From positions 1 to 59,390 of the forward strand of contig JALUVB010000053.1 of NCBI GenBank assembly GCA_027021085.1: a DNA stretch of 59,390 nucleotides, read 5' to 3'. Shown here in pieces: positions 7,401-17,408 of this stretch (position 1 is its first letter; every line of letters begins with the position of its first letter). This DNA comes from a bacterium. GTDB taxonomy: Bacteria > CAIJMQ01 > JAADFP01. A model generated the notes under the pieces. The model was not told the DNA's origin, searched no databases, and was given only the letters and a program-made list of their open reading frames with translations. The position numbers were made by a program, and so were the translations under genes.

Positions 7401-8572
7401 TTTCCTGCTTTTTCCTCTGTAAGAAGTTTTTCATAGATACTGCAGATTTTTTCCCCGTTTTTACGCCAGGTATACTCCTTTTCTACTTTACTTCTGCCTC
7501 TCTGCCCCATTTCTTTCCCCAGGATTTTGCTGCCTGCTAACTTAATTATACATTCCTGCAGCTGATTTTTGTTTCCCTGTTCTATCAGAAAACCTTCTCT
7601 GCCATCGGAAATAATTTCTTCTAACTGGCCTATGCGGGGAGCTATTACAGGCTTTCCCATAGCCATGTACTCGAAAATCTTTATGGGCGAGGAATAGATA
7701 TCAGTGCCGGGAAGAACTGTTATATCCATGGCAGCTATATAGTAAGGGACCTCCTGGTAAGGCACATTCCCGGTGAAAGTAACTACCCCGTTCAGCTTTT
7801 TCTTAACCGCGTATTCTTTTAAAGAGGCAAGGCTTGCTGCTCCGCCCACAATAAGGAAATGCACCCTGGGTTCTTTTCGAACCACCTCCCTGGCCACAGA
7901 GAGCAGCAAGTCCACTCTGTGCCAGTGTCCTATGGTTCCCACAAAGCCTACAACAATCCTGTCCTGCAAATTATATTTTTCTCTTATCTTTTCCCCGGAA
8001 ATACCCGGGTGGAATTTATCCACATCCACACCATCAGGATTCACCCACACTCTTTCTTTATTTCCTCCGTTACCCAGCACATATTCTTCCAGCTCCCTGG
8101 TGGTAAGAATTATCCCGCGGGTGGAAGAAAAAATCCTGTTTTCTATGGATTTTGCCAGCCAGGGAAACTTAATTCTCCTCTTCGGCCCCCAGCGAAGGGG
8201 AGCATTCACCTCCAGGAGATGGGGGAGGCGAAACTTCCTGGCCAGTTTAATCCCGGCAAAACCGAATAGTTCGTATCTTTCATAAATGAAATCGGGCTTT
8301 TCTTTCCTGAAGATTTTCCCTGCTTCCTTATAAAACCTCCGATTGGTAATAATCTTCCTGAAATCCGAGCCCAGGAGTTTTGCGGTCAAAGGCTTTACCT
8401 CATATATGGGAAGGGGGAAATCCACGGGATAATTACCTCTGTTGCTGGTAACAATAAACACCTCATTCCCCAATTCCTGCAAAGCAAGACAAACTTCTCT
8501 TACATGCACCGAGGAGCCCTTGTTACCCAGGACAGGAATGCCGGTATCCGTGGAGAGATAAGCTATTTTCAT
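7397..8572 (-). CDS. Glycosyltransferase family 4
   Basis: N-terminal GT4 pattern KIAYLSTDTGIPVLGNKGSSVHVRE, and a C-terminal E..MAMGKPVIAPRIG block. Confidence 0.8.
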   Translation of the reverse strand: MKIAYLSTDTGIPVLGNKGSSVHVREVCLALQELGNEVFIVTSNRGNYPVDFPLPIYEVKPLTAKLLGSDFRKIITNRRFYKEAGKIFRKEKPDFIYERYELFGFAGIKLARKFRLPHLLEVNAPLRWGPKRRIKFPWLAKSIENRIFSSTRGIILTTRELEEYVLGNGGNKERVWVNPDGVDVDKFHPGISGEKIREKYNLQDRIVVGFVGTIGHWHRVDLLLSVAREVVRKEPRVHFLIVGGAASLASLKEYAVKKKLNGVVTFTGNVPYQEVPYYIAAMDITVLPGTDIYSSPIKIFEYMAMGKPVIAPRIGQLEEIISDGREGFLIEQGNKNQLQECIIKLAGSKILGKEMGQRGRSKVEKEYTWRKNGEKICSIYEKLLTEEKAGK

Positions 8573-8585
8573 AAGAAACCGCTAC

Positions 8586-8981
8586 CTATACCAACCTCAA
8601 TTGAGAATGCTGGGATATTACTTCAAAGTGTGCATCTTTATGTAAGACAGCCCAATCATTTTCTATGGCAATGGTAGCTATCAAAATATCTGTAGATGGT
8701 ATCTTTATCCCTTTTCTATATAAAGAGAATGCGAGACGAGAGGCTTTCAACCAATAAAATTCTTCTGTGGGCAAGTAATGCAGTCCTTCAAATTTTCTGA
8801 GGAGGGATTGGTACTCTTTCTCACTTTTTGTTCCCTGAAGCAATTCAAGCACAATAATACCCGTTATAGCAACCCTGTTTTTATCCAGGTATGTTATCAA
8901 TTTATTTTTGATTTCTTTGCACCCTCGCCTTGAGAAAGCGCATATCCAAGCAGAAGTATCTACAATTACTAACTCATTCAT
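8586..8981 (-). CDS. vapC: PIN-domain toxin VapC
   Basis: 131 aa. The N-terminus is LVIVDTSAWI with the conserved Asp, followed by later acidic residues (ELLQG, STDILIA). It overlaps the upstream antitoxin gene by 8 nt. Confidence 0.85.
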   Translation of the reverse strand: MNELVIVDTSAWICAFSRRGCKEIKNKLITYLDKNRVAITGIIVLELLQGTKSEKEYQSLLRKFEGLHYLPTEEFYWLKASRLAFSLYRKGIKIPSTDILIATIAIENDWAVLHKDAHFEVISQHSQLRLV

Positions 8982-9177
8982 TATTTCTTATTTTCTCAAG
9001 CTCTTTTAAGGTGAGAGGAAAGTCATAGCTCCCAATCATATTTTTTAACTCTTCTCTCCTTTTCATCTTTATATACTCTTCCATTGCTTTTGTAATGGCA
9101 CCCTTCTTTGTCTTCTCTTTACTTATCTTCAATACTTCTTTCATTAAGTTCTCATCTATTTCAATCAAAGTCCGCAT
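8974..9177 (-). CDS. vapB: VapB-type (DUF2191-like) antitoxin
   Basis: 67 aa, beginning MRTLIEIDENLMKEVLK... It lies immediately upstream of, and overlaps, the PIN toxin gene. Confidence 0.8.
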   Translation of the reverse strand: MRTLIEIDENLMKEVLKISKEKTKKGAITKAMEEYIKMKRREELKNMIGSYDFPLTLKELEKIRNNE

Positions 9178-9238
9178 AATACCCCTCCTTCTCTATATAT
9201 AAATACCAGGATTTATATATATGTCAACCCCTCTTTAT

Positions 9239-9257
9239 TTACACCCCGGGGGTGTAA
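9239..9257. repeat. 19-nt palindrome TTACACCCCGGGGGTGTAA, copy 1
   Basis: Identical 19-mer to 17384-17402. It lies in the intergenic gap between the radical SAM stop and the vapB promoter region. Confidence 0.7.
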
Positions 9258-9278
9258 TGTTCGGAGAAAAGACCATTA

Positions 9279-10568
9279 CTATCGCCTTTTCCGCATTTTC
9301 CTGAATTCTCTTTTTATCCTTACCAGGTCTCTTATGCTTAGTACATGCTCAAGTAAAGGCGTGTAAGGAAGGGCCCCCAATTTGAGATAAGCGCGCCTGT
9401 AGAACTTTTTTGTCCAGGAGAACCCGCGGGGCAGCAAATTTTCTCTTTTAGCCCGCTCTTCCAGAAGTGTGCCGGGAAAAATTGTCACTCCATAATTTAT
9501 AGCTGCATGGTGACCCCTTTTTCTCACCTGGGTAACAAAGGAGAGCGTTTCCTGTGCATCTTTTTCTGTTTCACCGTAATTTCCCAGCATCATGTAAACT
9601 TCCATGGGCAGGGAAAATTTCTCTCCCCATTTCAATGCTTCCTCTATCTGCTGGTTGGTAATCTTCTTATTCATCAGCTCCCTTACCCGGGGGACAATGC
9701 TCTCCACCCCGAATTTTACCTCAATACAGCCGGTTTCCTTCAGCTTCCTGGTAAACTCCCTGGTCAATAGGTGCGCGCGGGATTTAGCCACGTAGGAAAT
9801 ATTCCTATCCTTTAATCCAGCCAGAATTTTTTCCGCATACTCCTCTTTCAAGCCAAAAGTATCATCCTCTATAACTACGGCATTATAGCCAAACTTCTCC
9901 CTGAGTAAATCAATCTCTTCCAGGACCATTTCCGGTGGTTTAAATTTCACCCGGGGATACATAGCGCCTGCCGCACAGAAGGTACAGCGAAAGGGGCAGC
10001 CCTTGCTGGTAATTATGTTTATTCCCAACGCTCCGTTTCTCAACTTATATCTATATTTTTTTAAATCAAGCACTTCGTACAGAGGAAGGGGTAATGCAGC
10101 CAGGTCCAGGCGAGGGGGAAAACCCGTATCTACTATCTCTGAGCCATCCCGGAAGCAAACTCCGGGGATTTTTGCCATATCTTCCCCGGCCAGAATCTTT
10201 GAAAACGGCTCTTCTCCCTCCCCTTTGATAACAATGTCAACGAAAGGATTGGATACCAGCACCTCTTCAGCAGCAAAGGTGGGATGCGGCCCTCCCACCA
10301 CTATTTTAACTTCAGGCAGTAACCGCTTTATCTCCCTGCTAACCTTAAAAGCAACAAATCTTAAATCAGTATGCATGCTTATCCCCACCACATCCGGGGC
10401 AAAGGTAAATAGCTCTTTTCTGAAATCCATTTCCTCCACGGACATGTCAAACAACCTCACTTCATGTCCTTCCCTGCGCAGGTAGGAGGCAATGTACAAG
10501 AGCCCGATAGGTATCTCGCTTCTCTGGGGCTTCGTATGCTCGGTAGCTATCAAAAACACCTTTTTCAT
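9279..10568 (-). CDS. B12-binding-domain radical SAM protein
   Basis: The N-terminus is a cobalamin-binding-like Rossmann segment. The CxxxCxxC motif is CPFRCTFC. Confidence 0.8.
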   Translation of the reverse strand: MKKVFLIATEHTKPQRSEIPIGLLYIASYLRREGHEVRLFDMSVEEMDFRKELFTFAPDVVGISMHTDLRFVAFKVSREIKRLLPEVKIVVGGPHPTFAAEEVLVSNPFVDIVIKGEGEEPFSKILAGEDMAKIPGVCFRDGSEIVDTGFPPRLDLAALPLPLYEVLDLKKYRYKLRNGALGINIITSKGCPFRCTFCAAGAMYPRVKFKPPEMVLEEIDLLREKFGYNAVVIEDDTFGLKEEYAEKILAGLKDRNISYVAKSRAHLLTREFTRKLKETGCIEVKFGVESIVPRVRELMNKKITNQQIEEALKWGEKFSLPMEVYMMLGNYGETEKDAQETLSFVTQVRKRGHHAAINYGVTIFPGTLLEERAKRENLLPRGFSWTKKFYRRAYLKLGALPYTPLLEHVLSIRDLVRIKREFRKMRKRR

Positions 10569-11707
10569 AATGAATTCCTCAGTCTATCCTTAACAAAATT
10601 TATAATCTTCTGTGCCCTTTTCTCCCAGGAATATTCTCTCACTTCCCTCGCTGCCTCTCTGGCAATTCTCTGGCCAAGTCGCTCGTCTGCCAAAACCTTT
10701 TCAATTCCCTCTTTCAGTGCCAGGGGGTTATCCGGCCTTACCAGAACCGCATTTCTCCCATCCTGCAATATCTCCCTCAAAGTAGGTATATCACTGGCAA
10801 CAACAGGCAAACCTGAGGCCATATATTCAAACATTTTCAGGGGAGATAAATATTTACGGCAACTATCCTCTGTATAAGGAAGCAGCAGCACATCTGAGAT
10901 ACTGAGATATGCAGGAACGCGGGAGGGAGGAACGAATCCCGTAAATAATACATTCTCCAGATCTTTTGTCTCCTCCTTTTTCTTTTTCACCGCTTCCTCA
11001 CTTCCTCCTACAATAAGAAATAAAATATCTCCTGCCAGACGGGCACAACTTACAATCGTCTCCACCCCCTTCTCCCGGTACAAGTGTCCACAATAACAAG
11101 CAACCTTTTTCTCCGGAGGAATACCTATCTCCTCCCTGGTTTTCTCCTTGCTAATACTTATCCCGAATCTCTCTACATCTACCCCGTCAGGAACCAGCAG
11201 AATTTGCTCCTCTGATATTCCTTCCTTTCTATAAAAATCCGAGAGGGAATTGGAGATGAGCACCATCCCCAGGAAGTTTTTAGAAAAACGCCTTTTTAAA
11301 AAAATAGGAAAAGCCCGGCTACTTTTATACTGATGGAACTTGTGTGCCTCAAATACCACAGGCATCCCGAGTCTCAGGCACCAATTGACCGCCCAGAGCA
11401 AGCGGGTATAGACAAGGTCAGGCTTCAGTATCCTGGCATAAAGAGATGCCCAAAGAGCAAAATACTTTTCTTTAAGCTTTTTCCCGGAAAAAGGATAGGG
11501 GAGATGGCAAATTTCAAATTTACGCCCAATCCCGTAATATTCCCAGATATCATCTACCCTTTCTTCTCCCGGAAGGCGGCGAGGGATAATCAACTCAGTC
11601 GATACCCCGGCATTGGCAAATGCTTCGCACATCTTCATCACCTGGATGCTGTTAGCACTTGCTGAAGGGATTTTAGACGAGGCTATATAGCAGATTCTCA
11701 TTTTCAC
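10565..11707 (-). CDS. Glycosyltransferase family 4
   Basis: C-terminal ...SPLKMFEYMASGLPVVASDIPTLREIL... GT-B signature. Confidence 0.8.
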   Translation of the reverse strand: MKMRICYIASSKIPSASANSIQVMKMCEAFANAGVSTELIIPRRLPGEERVDDIWEYYGIGRKFEICHLPYPFSGKKLKEKYFALWASLYARILKPDLVYTRLLWAVNWCLRLGMPVVFEAHKFHQYKSSRAFPIFLKRRFSKNFLGMVLISNSLSDFYRKEGISEEQILLVPDGVDVERFGISISKEKTREEIGIPPEKKVACYCGHLYREKGVETIVSCARLAGDILFLIVGGSEEAVKKKKEETKDLENVLFTGFVPPSRVPAYLSISDVLLLPYTEDSCRKYLSPLKMFEYMASGLPVVASDIPTLREILQDGRNAVLVRPDNPLALKEGIEKVLADERLGQRIAREAAREVREYSWEKRAQKIINFVKDRLRNSL

Positions 11708-11737
11708 TTCTTCACATTATTCCCTATAAATTCTTCT

Positions 11738-12919
11738 TTAATACCCGGTTTGCTTGCTTTGCACCAGCCCATCATAGAGAGCCTCTATCTTTTCCTTTAC
11801 CTCCTCCATACTAAAATCTCTAACCCTTTCTCTTCCCCTCTTACCCATTCTCCTTCTCAGTTTTGTATCTTTTAATAGGGTGATTATCCTGTCTGCTAAA
11901 GCTTTAGAGTCTTTTGGAGGCACCAGGAATCCATTTTCTCCCTCTATAATAATTTCATTTACTCCCGGTATATCCGTTGCCACTATAGATTTTTCTGCTA
12001 CCATTACTTCCAATAGTGCATTGGGAAACCCTTCTCTTTCAGAAGGAAAGGCAAAAACATCTAAAAGGGGTAAAATCTCTGGTATATCTTCCCGGTAACC
12101 GGCAAAAATGACCTGTTTTTCAATACCCAGTTCTTTGGTTAGTCTCTTTATCTCTTCTTCTAAAGCTCTTTTCCCTCCTCCCACAATTAAAAATTTGGTA
12201 TCGGGAAAAACTTTCAATATCTCAGCGGCTGCCTGGAGAAAATATTTGTGCCCTTTTTGAGGCACGATACGGGAAACCATACCTACAACTTTCTCTTGCG
12301 GGGCTATCCCGAATTCTTTCTTTTTATCTTCTATATCCACTCTAACATCATCGAATTCTCCTAAATCAACCCCATTGTAAACAACTTCTATTTTTTTCTC
12401 TGGTATACCCTCTTCCTCAATTAAGAAATTTTTAACCCCCTGGGAGACGGCTATAATCTTATCCGTGAAATTGGCAAGGAATCTATCCATAATCTTCTGC
12501 CTCTTTCCCTTCCAGTTTTCTATATTATGTTCGTGGGCAAGGATTCCCGGAACTCCGGCCAATTTCGCGGCAACTCTTGCCGGGGTATTGGCATCATACA
12601 TATGAGTATGAACTATATCAAATCTACCTTCTCTCATAAATTTCACCAGTTTAAAGAAATTCCTTAACAAATGCACTCTTTTTATCACGATTAAGTGGAC
12701 TGGGAATCCCTCCTTTACAAAAAGGGGCATAAGCTCCCCTAAATTTCTCACACATAAAATGGAAACATCGTATTTCTGGGAATTCAAGCGTGGCAGAAGT
12801 TTTAAAAGCTGCCTTTGCACCCCACCGATGTTAAGATGGCAGATAACCTGGAGCACTCGAATTCTCTTACACCTCCCTGGAAACTCTATCTTTGCACCGG
12901 GCACCTTTCTTAAGTCCAT
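11738..12919 (-). CDS. Glycosyltransferase family 4
   Basis: HLNIGGVQRQL N-terminal motif and FPSEREGFPNALLEVMVAEKSIVATDIPGVNEII. The start codon may lie further downstream. Confidence 0.8.
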   Translation of the reverse strand: MDLRKVPGAKIEFPGRCKRIRVLQVICHLNIGGVQRQLLKLLPRLNSQKYDVSILCVRNLGELMPLFVKEGFPVHLIVIKRVHLLRNFFKLVKFMREGRFDIVHTHMYDANTPARVAAKLAGVPGILAHEHNIENWKGKRQKIMDRFLANFTDKIIAVSQGVKNFLIEEEGIPEKKIEVVYNGVDLGEFDDVRVDIEDKKKEFGIAPQEKVVGMVSRIVPQKGHKYFLQAAAEILKVFPDTKFLIVGGGKRALEEEIKRLTKELGIEKQVIFAGYREDIPEILPLLDVFAFPSEREGFPNALLEVMVAEKSIVATDIPGVNEIIIEGENGFLVPPKDSKALADRIITLLKDTKLRRRMGKRGRERVRDFSMEEVKEKIEALYDGLVQSKQTGY

Positions 12920-12958
12920 TTATAGAAAGAATATGCAGAAAACCCTCCACCTGTCTCG

Positions 12959-13825
12959 TTATTCTAAGGAAAGTTTCAGTAAGCTACGGGTTTCCTCAGG
13001 CGTGGCGATTCTTCTTCCCAACTCCCGGGCAATTCTCACCACTCTTTCAATAAGCATAGTGTTAGTGGCAACAACCTTTTTATCATAGTCATACCAGAGA
13101 TTATCCTCCAATCCTACTCTTACATGCCCTCCCATCACAATAGCAATTGTGTTAATGGGCAATTGAAAAACTCCGACTCCTGCTCCTGCCCACACGGAAT
13201 TTCCCGGGAGATTACGAACCAGATAAGCCAGATCCTCCACTCTCCCTGGCAATGCACCCAGTGAGCCCAGGACGAAATTAAAATAGCAAGGAGGAGTAAT
13301 CAACCCTTCCTTTATTAACCGATGAGCATAATAGAGCATACCAACCTCAAAAATCTCCAATTCCGGCTTTATCCCATTTTCATTCATCGATGAGAGGAGC
13401 CTTCGAATCATCTCAGGCGAGTTGATGCTGGGAGCGCGGGGGAAATTGAAAGAACCCAAGGTTAAGCTTGCCATATCGGGTTTAGCCTTTCCTGTGAGGT
13501 AAAGCACTTCTGACCTTTGGGCAAAAGAGCGAAAAACTCTTCCACTACAGGAAGCACAAATAATTACTCCAGGACACCTTTCTCTTACCTGAGTAAATAT
13601 TTCTCCGTAGGTCTTCGCGCAATAGGTAGGATTACCCTTTTCATCCCGGGCATGGAAATGGATGATAGAAGCTCCCAGTTTGTAACAGTTCTCAGCACAA
13701 GATACGATTTCTTCTATACTTATCGGGACATATGGATTCATCTCCTTGGTGGGAACCATGCCCGTAATGGCAGCATTTATTATCAATCCAGGATATTTAC
13801 GGAGGGGGTACGGTGGAAATTCCAT
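12959..13825 (-). CDS. BKACE family enzyme (3-keto-5-aminohexanoate cleavage enzyme-like, DUF849)
   Basis: N-terminal LIINAAITGMVPTKEMNPYVPISIEEIV...GASIIHFHARDEKGNPT matches the family's characteristic pattern. Confidence 0.7.
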   Translation of the reverse strand: MEFPPYPLRKYPGLIINAAITGMVPTKEMNPYVPISIEEIVSCAENCYKLGASIIHFHARDEKGNPTYCAKTYGEIFTQVRERCPGVIICASCSGRVFRSFAQRSEVLYLTGKAKPDMASLTLGSFNFPRAPSINSPEMIRRLLSSMNENGIKPELEIFEVGMLYYAHRLIKEGLITPPCYFNFVLGSLGALPGRVEDLAYLVRNLPGNSVWAGAGVGVFQLPINTIAIVMGGHVRVGLEDNLWYDYDKKVVATNTMLIERVVRIARELGRRIATPEETRSLLKLSLE

Positions 13826-13830
13826 CTATT

Positions 13831-14310
13831 CTATTCTTCCTCCCATGTTTGAAGGTCAACTTCCAGGGTTGTCCACTCCATAATATCGGGGACTCCAAAC
13901 TCATGCAGTTTAGGTAGTTTTCCCACCACATTATACCCAAAATGTTTTTGATACCACGAAATGCTCTCCGGTCGGTCACTGTTAGTGGTTAACTTTCTTA
14001 TCCCTCTTTTTTTAAGCATTTTCATTCTTCTACGCTGTAGAGCCGTTCCAATACCTATTCCTCTGTAGGCAGGAAGGACCACCATAAGAGTGGTTTTGGC
14101 CCTTTTGTCATCCAGGATCTTATACCCGGCCATGCCTAATACCTTCCCTTTCTTATCTTCTGCCACGAAGATACAACGGTAATCCAACTCCGGCATTTCC
14201 GGAGAGGGAATGTAGTGCATATTAGCCGTTTTCAGTATCTCCATGATTTCAGGCACATCTTCTTTCTTTGCTTTACGAATTTTGAAAATTATATTCTCTT
14301 TCATTTTCAT
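13831..14310 (-). CDS. GNAT family N-acetyltransferase
   Basis: 159 aa, with the acetyl-CoA motif RGIGIGTALQRRRMKMLKKRG. Confidence 0.8.
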   Translation of the reverse strand: MKMKENIIFKIRKAKKEDVPEIMEILKTANMHYIPSPEMPELDYRCIFVAEDKKGKVLGMAGYKILDDKRAKTTLMVVLPAYRGIGIGTALQRRRMKMLKKRGIRKLTTNSDRPESISWYQKHFGYNVVGKLPKLHEFGVPDIMEWTTLEVDLQTWEEE

Positions 14311-15617
14311 CCCCCCTGTTTTACATGGGAAATTATAAACTTTACTTTCCCTGAAGAAGCAGGCGATATTTCTTCAGGAAATTCAAAATGAATCCGAAAG
14401 GAGGAATCGCAATTACTTTGAATCTCCTCCCTTAATTTATCCACACACTCCTCTATGAAATCCGGCCCTTTAACAATCCTTATAGTGAGGTTTTCGAGAG
14501 ACTCCTGCACAACCTGGAACTTACGGACTCCTGGTGTTTGATAAAGAAGCGTCCCAAAATAACCCCATATCCTCTTTCCACGCGGTGATATGATAACATC
14601 ATTGGCTCTTCCCTGCACGCCTTCTATAACCGGAAAACCTCTGCCACATCTACATTCCTCTGTGGAAGAATTAACTACATCACCAACAACATATCTTATA
14701 AAAGGCATTACGTAATTATTTAAATTGGTGACTACTATACCTCCATCGGACATAATCTCCACAATGTTGTTAAAACCCATAATGTGCAAGCCAGAATGTC
14801 TCTCACACTCATGCCCAATAATACTCACTTCTCTGGAACCATATCGGTCAAAAACCGGTGCTTGAAATGCTCTCTCCAGAACCTTTCTCTGGGAAGGGAA
14901 AAGAACCTCAGCGGTAGCTTGTACAGCCCTGGGTCTTATTCTTACTTCCTCTTCTTCCAGAAGATACTGGGCAAGTGTATAAAGAGAATTCACATAACCT
15001 TCAATAAGCAAGGGTTTCCACTCTATAAGCAACTTACTTATTTCCTCAAGTAATGCATTGTCCAGGGTAAAAGTATTTATGAAGAGCAAATTCCCTTTTT
15101 TCACCACCTTTGTTCCATCAGGGCTATCTCTTAGATTCCCCCAGAGTTTGACTCTTCTTTCTCCTTTTTTCAATCCACAAAGAGCGTATGTCCATTTTCT
15201 TGAAGCCTCAGCATAATTCTCGTAAATCTCATCATGATAAAAGTTTACAGGCTCACCTGTTGAACCTCCACTTCGATTAAGGTACTTCTTCCCCCTCCAA
15301 TCTGGACAACATAAATCTATCCACTCCTTCTGAAGAATTTTACGGGTCAAAAGAGGTAATTTTTTCAGGTCACTAATGGATGAAAAGGAATTCAAGGTTA
15401 AACCATATTCAGCAAAGATTTTTTTATAATAGGGAGTTCTATGATAAGCAAAGTGAAGAAGATTTTTTAGCTTTGTCCACTGTATCTCTTCAATTTCTTG
15501 AGAACTCAACCATTGTCCTTTCATAATAGCATTTACATAAAAATCCCGATGCCGAAGTCTCCTGTCAGTTAACATCTTTTTCAGCTTCAGGTATTTCCAG
15601 GCAGACCAGGAGTTCAA
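14307..15617 (-). CDS. Phenylacetate-CoA ligase / CapK-like adenylate-forming enzyme
   Basis: 436 aa, with RSGGSTGEP (P-loop-like AMP-binding motif). The size and layout are typical of PaaK/CapK (F390 synthetase-related) proteins. Confidence 0.65.
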   Translation of the reverse strand: MNSWSAWKYLKLKKMLTDRRLRHRDFYVNAIMKGQWLSSQEIEEIQWTKLKNLLHFAYHRTPYYKKIFAEYGLTLNSFSSISDLKKLPLLTRKILQKEWIDLCCPDWRGKKYLNRSGGSTGEPVNFYHDEIYENYAEASRKWTYALCGLKKGERRVKLWGNLRDSPDGTKVVKKGNLLFINTFTLDNALLEEISKLLIEWKPLLIEGYVNSLYTLAQYLLEEEEVRIRPRAVQATAEVLFPSQRKVLERAFQAPVFDRYGSREVSIIGHECERHSGLHIMGFNNIVEIMSDGGIVVTNLNNYVMPFIRYVVGDVVNSSTEECRCGRGFPVIEGVQGRANDVIISPRGKRIWGYFGTLLYQTPGVRKFQVVQESLENLTIRIVKGPDFIEECVDKLREEIQSNCDSSFRIHFEFPEEISPASSGKVKFIISHVKQGG

Positions 15618-15697
15618 TCTGACTTCCCTCCTCCCTTATAATCCCTCTTTCTTTCAATCACCCAAGACAAACTCACAATCTTTTCACAAGCTGGATA

Positions 15698-16828
15698 TTA
15701 AAAGCCATTTTCTGTCAACTTATTGTAAAGATTGATTGTCCTCTCCAGCATTTTTTCTATGGTGAAAGACTTGATTCTCTCCCTCCCCCTCTCTCCCAGA
15801 CCCCGGGATAATTTTCTATCCTTCAGTAAGCACATTATTTTCTCTGCAAGCAACCACGAATCCTCAGGAGAAACTAAAAACCCGGTCTCCCTGTCTTTAA
15901 CCAATTCAGGATTGCCCCCTACTTTCGTAGCAACCACGGGGAGACCATAAGCCATTGCCTCTAACACAGTAATGGGAAATCCTTCCCTGGCAGAAGAGAG
16001 AACAAAGATATCTATCAGAGGAAGGATTTCCTCTATATCTTTTCTTTCCCCCAGGAAATGGACATTTTTTTCTATTCCCAGCTCTTTAGTGAAAGCCTCC
16101 AGCTCTTTTCTCAAGCTTCCACCTCCCACAATAAGAAAACGCACGCGGGGGAATTTCTTCAGGATTAAGGAAGAGGCCTTGAGAAAAGTTTTATGATCTT
16201 TCTGAGGCTGTAATCTTCCCACCGTGCCCACCAGTGGAGCATCCCCGGGAAGACCTAATTCCCTCCTCTTCTTTTGCTTATCTACTTTTTTCTCAAATCT
16301 ATTTAAATCCACGCCGTTATAAATAACTTCTACCTTTTTCTCCGGTATACCAACCTCTTCCACATAAAACTCTTTCACCCTCCGGGAAACCACGATTATC
16401 CTGTCTGTAAAGCGGGCCAGCATCCTATCCATTCTTCTCTGCGCAGTACCTTTCCAGGAGTCCACATTATGCTCATTGGCAATTATCACCGGCACCCTGG
16501 CAAGCATGGCGGCAATTCTCCCCGGAGTGTTAGCGCGGTATAAATGAGTATGCACAATATGAAATCTTTCTCTTTTTATAAATCTGGCAAGCCTTATAAT
16601 GCCTTTCAAATACTTTAAATCAACATCCATCCTTGCTCTCATTCCGATGTTTATCACCGGAATACCCGCTCTCTCCATCTCATCGGCTAAAATATCTCTT
16701 CTATAAAGCGTGCAAACCTTTACCGCAATCCCCTTCTCTTTAAGACGGGGTAAGAGGGAAATTAAAGTTTTCTCCACCCCTCCCATTTCCAGGGAAGGAA
16801 GTACCCTGAGAACCTTGATTTTACTCAC
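15698..16828 (-). CDS. Glycosyltransferase family 4
   Basis: Paralogue of 11738-12919 (LEMGGVEKTL..., SSAREGFPITVLEAMAYGLPVVATKVGGNPELV). Confidence 0.85.
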   Translation of the reverse strand: MSKIKVLRVLPSLEMGGVEKTLISLLPRLKEKGIAVKVCTLYRRDILADEMERAGIPVINIGMRARMDVDLKYLKGIIRLARFIKRERFHIVHTHLYRANTPGRIAAMLARVPVIIANEHNVDSWKGTAQRRMDRMLARFTDRIIVVSRRVKEFYVEEVGIPEKKVEVIYNGVDLNRFEKKVDKQKKRRELGLPGDAPLVGTVGRLQPQKDHKTFLKASSLILKKFPRVRFLIVGGGSLRKELEAFTKELGIEKNVHFLGERKDIEEILPLIDIFVLSSAREGFPITVLEAMAYGLPVVATKVGGNPELVKDRETGFLVSPEDSWLLAEKIMCLLKDRKLSRGLGERGRERIKSFTIEKMLERTINLYNKLTENGF

Positions 16829-17370
16829 AATGCTGGCAAAATCTCCCGCAGACTTTTTATCACTTCGATTCTGGCTCCCGGCTCCTTAGCAAGAAGAAGG
16901 TTGTCCAATTTTTCTTTCTCTTCCTCATCGCCCAGCAAAAGAAACCCCTGCTTTATACCCGCTTTCATCCCTGCTTCCACATCCCTTACCCTGTCGCCCA
17001 CACAAAGAGAGGAGGCAAGGTCTATATCCCACTCTTCTGCCGCCTGCAAAAATAAGCCGGGCATTGGTTTCCGACAGGAACAGTCATCCCGGGGAGAATG
17101 GGGACAGAAGTAAAAAGCATCAATCTCTGCCCCTTTTCTGTGTAAGATATCCTTAATACTCTGATTTACTTTTTCCACTTCCTGGCTAGCGAAGTAACCT
17201 CTCCCTACCCCTGATTGGTTACTGACCACAATTACCAGGTAGCCTTTCTCCCTGGCTTTTTTGATCAATTCCACCACCCCCTCTAAAATTCTTATCTTTT
17301 CCACCTCGTGTAAGAAGCCTACCTCTTCGTTTATCGTGCCATCCCTGTCTAAAAAAAGCGCCTTTCTCAT
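16825..17370 (-). CDS. gmhB: D-glycero-D-manno-heptose 1,7-bisphosphate phosphatase-like HAD-IIIA phosphatase
   Basis: MRKALFLDRDGTIN (DxDGT motif) and CSCRKPMPG. I take the start at the internal ATG (17368-17370), because the longer track ORF would overlap the upstream glycosyltransferase by 85 nt. Confidence 0.7.
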   Translation of the reverse strand: MRKALFLDRDGTINEEVGFLHEVEKIRILEGVVELIKKAREKGYLVIVVSNQSGVGRGYFASQEVEKVNQSIKDILHRKGAEIDAFYFCPHSPRDDCSCRKPMPGLFLQAAEEWDIDLASSLCVGDRVRDVEAGMKAGIKQGFLLLGDEEEKEKLDNLLLAKEPGARIEVIKSLREILPAL

Positions 17371-17383
17371 AAACCCAAATTGC

Positions 17384-17402
17384 TTACACCCCGGGGGTGT
17401 AA
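17384..17402. repeat. 19-nt palindrome TTACACCCCGGGGGTGTAA, copy 2
   Basis: Identical to 9239-9257. It lies between the glycosyltransferase stop (17409) and the gmhB start (17370). Confidence 0.7.
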
Positions 17403-17408
17403 AATTGG

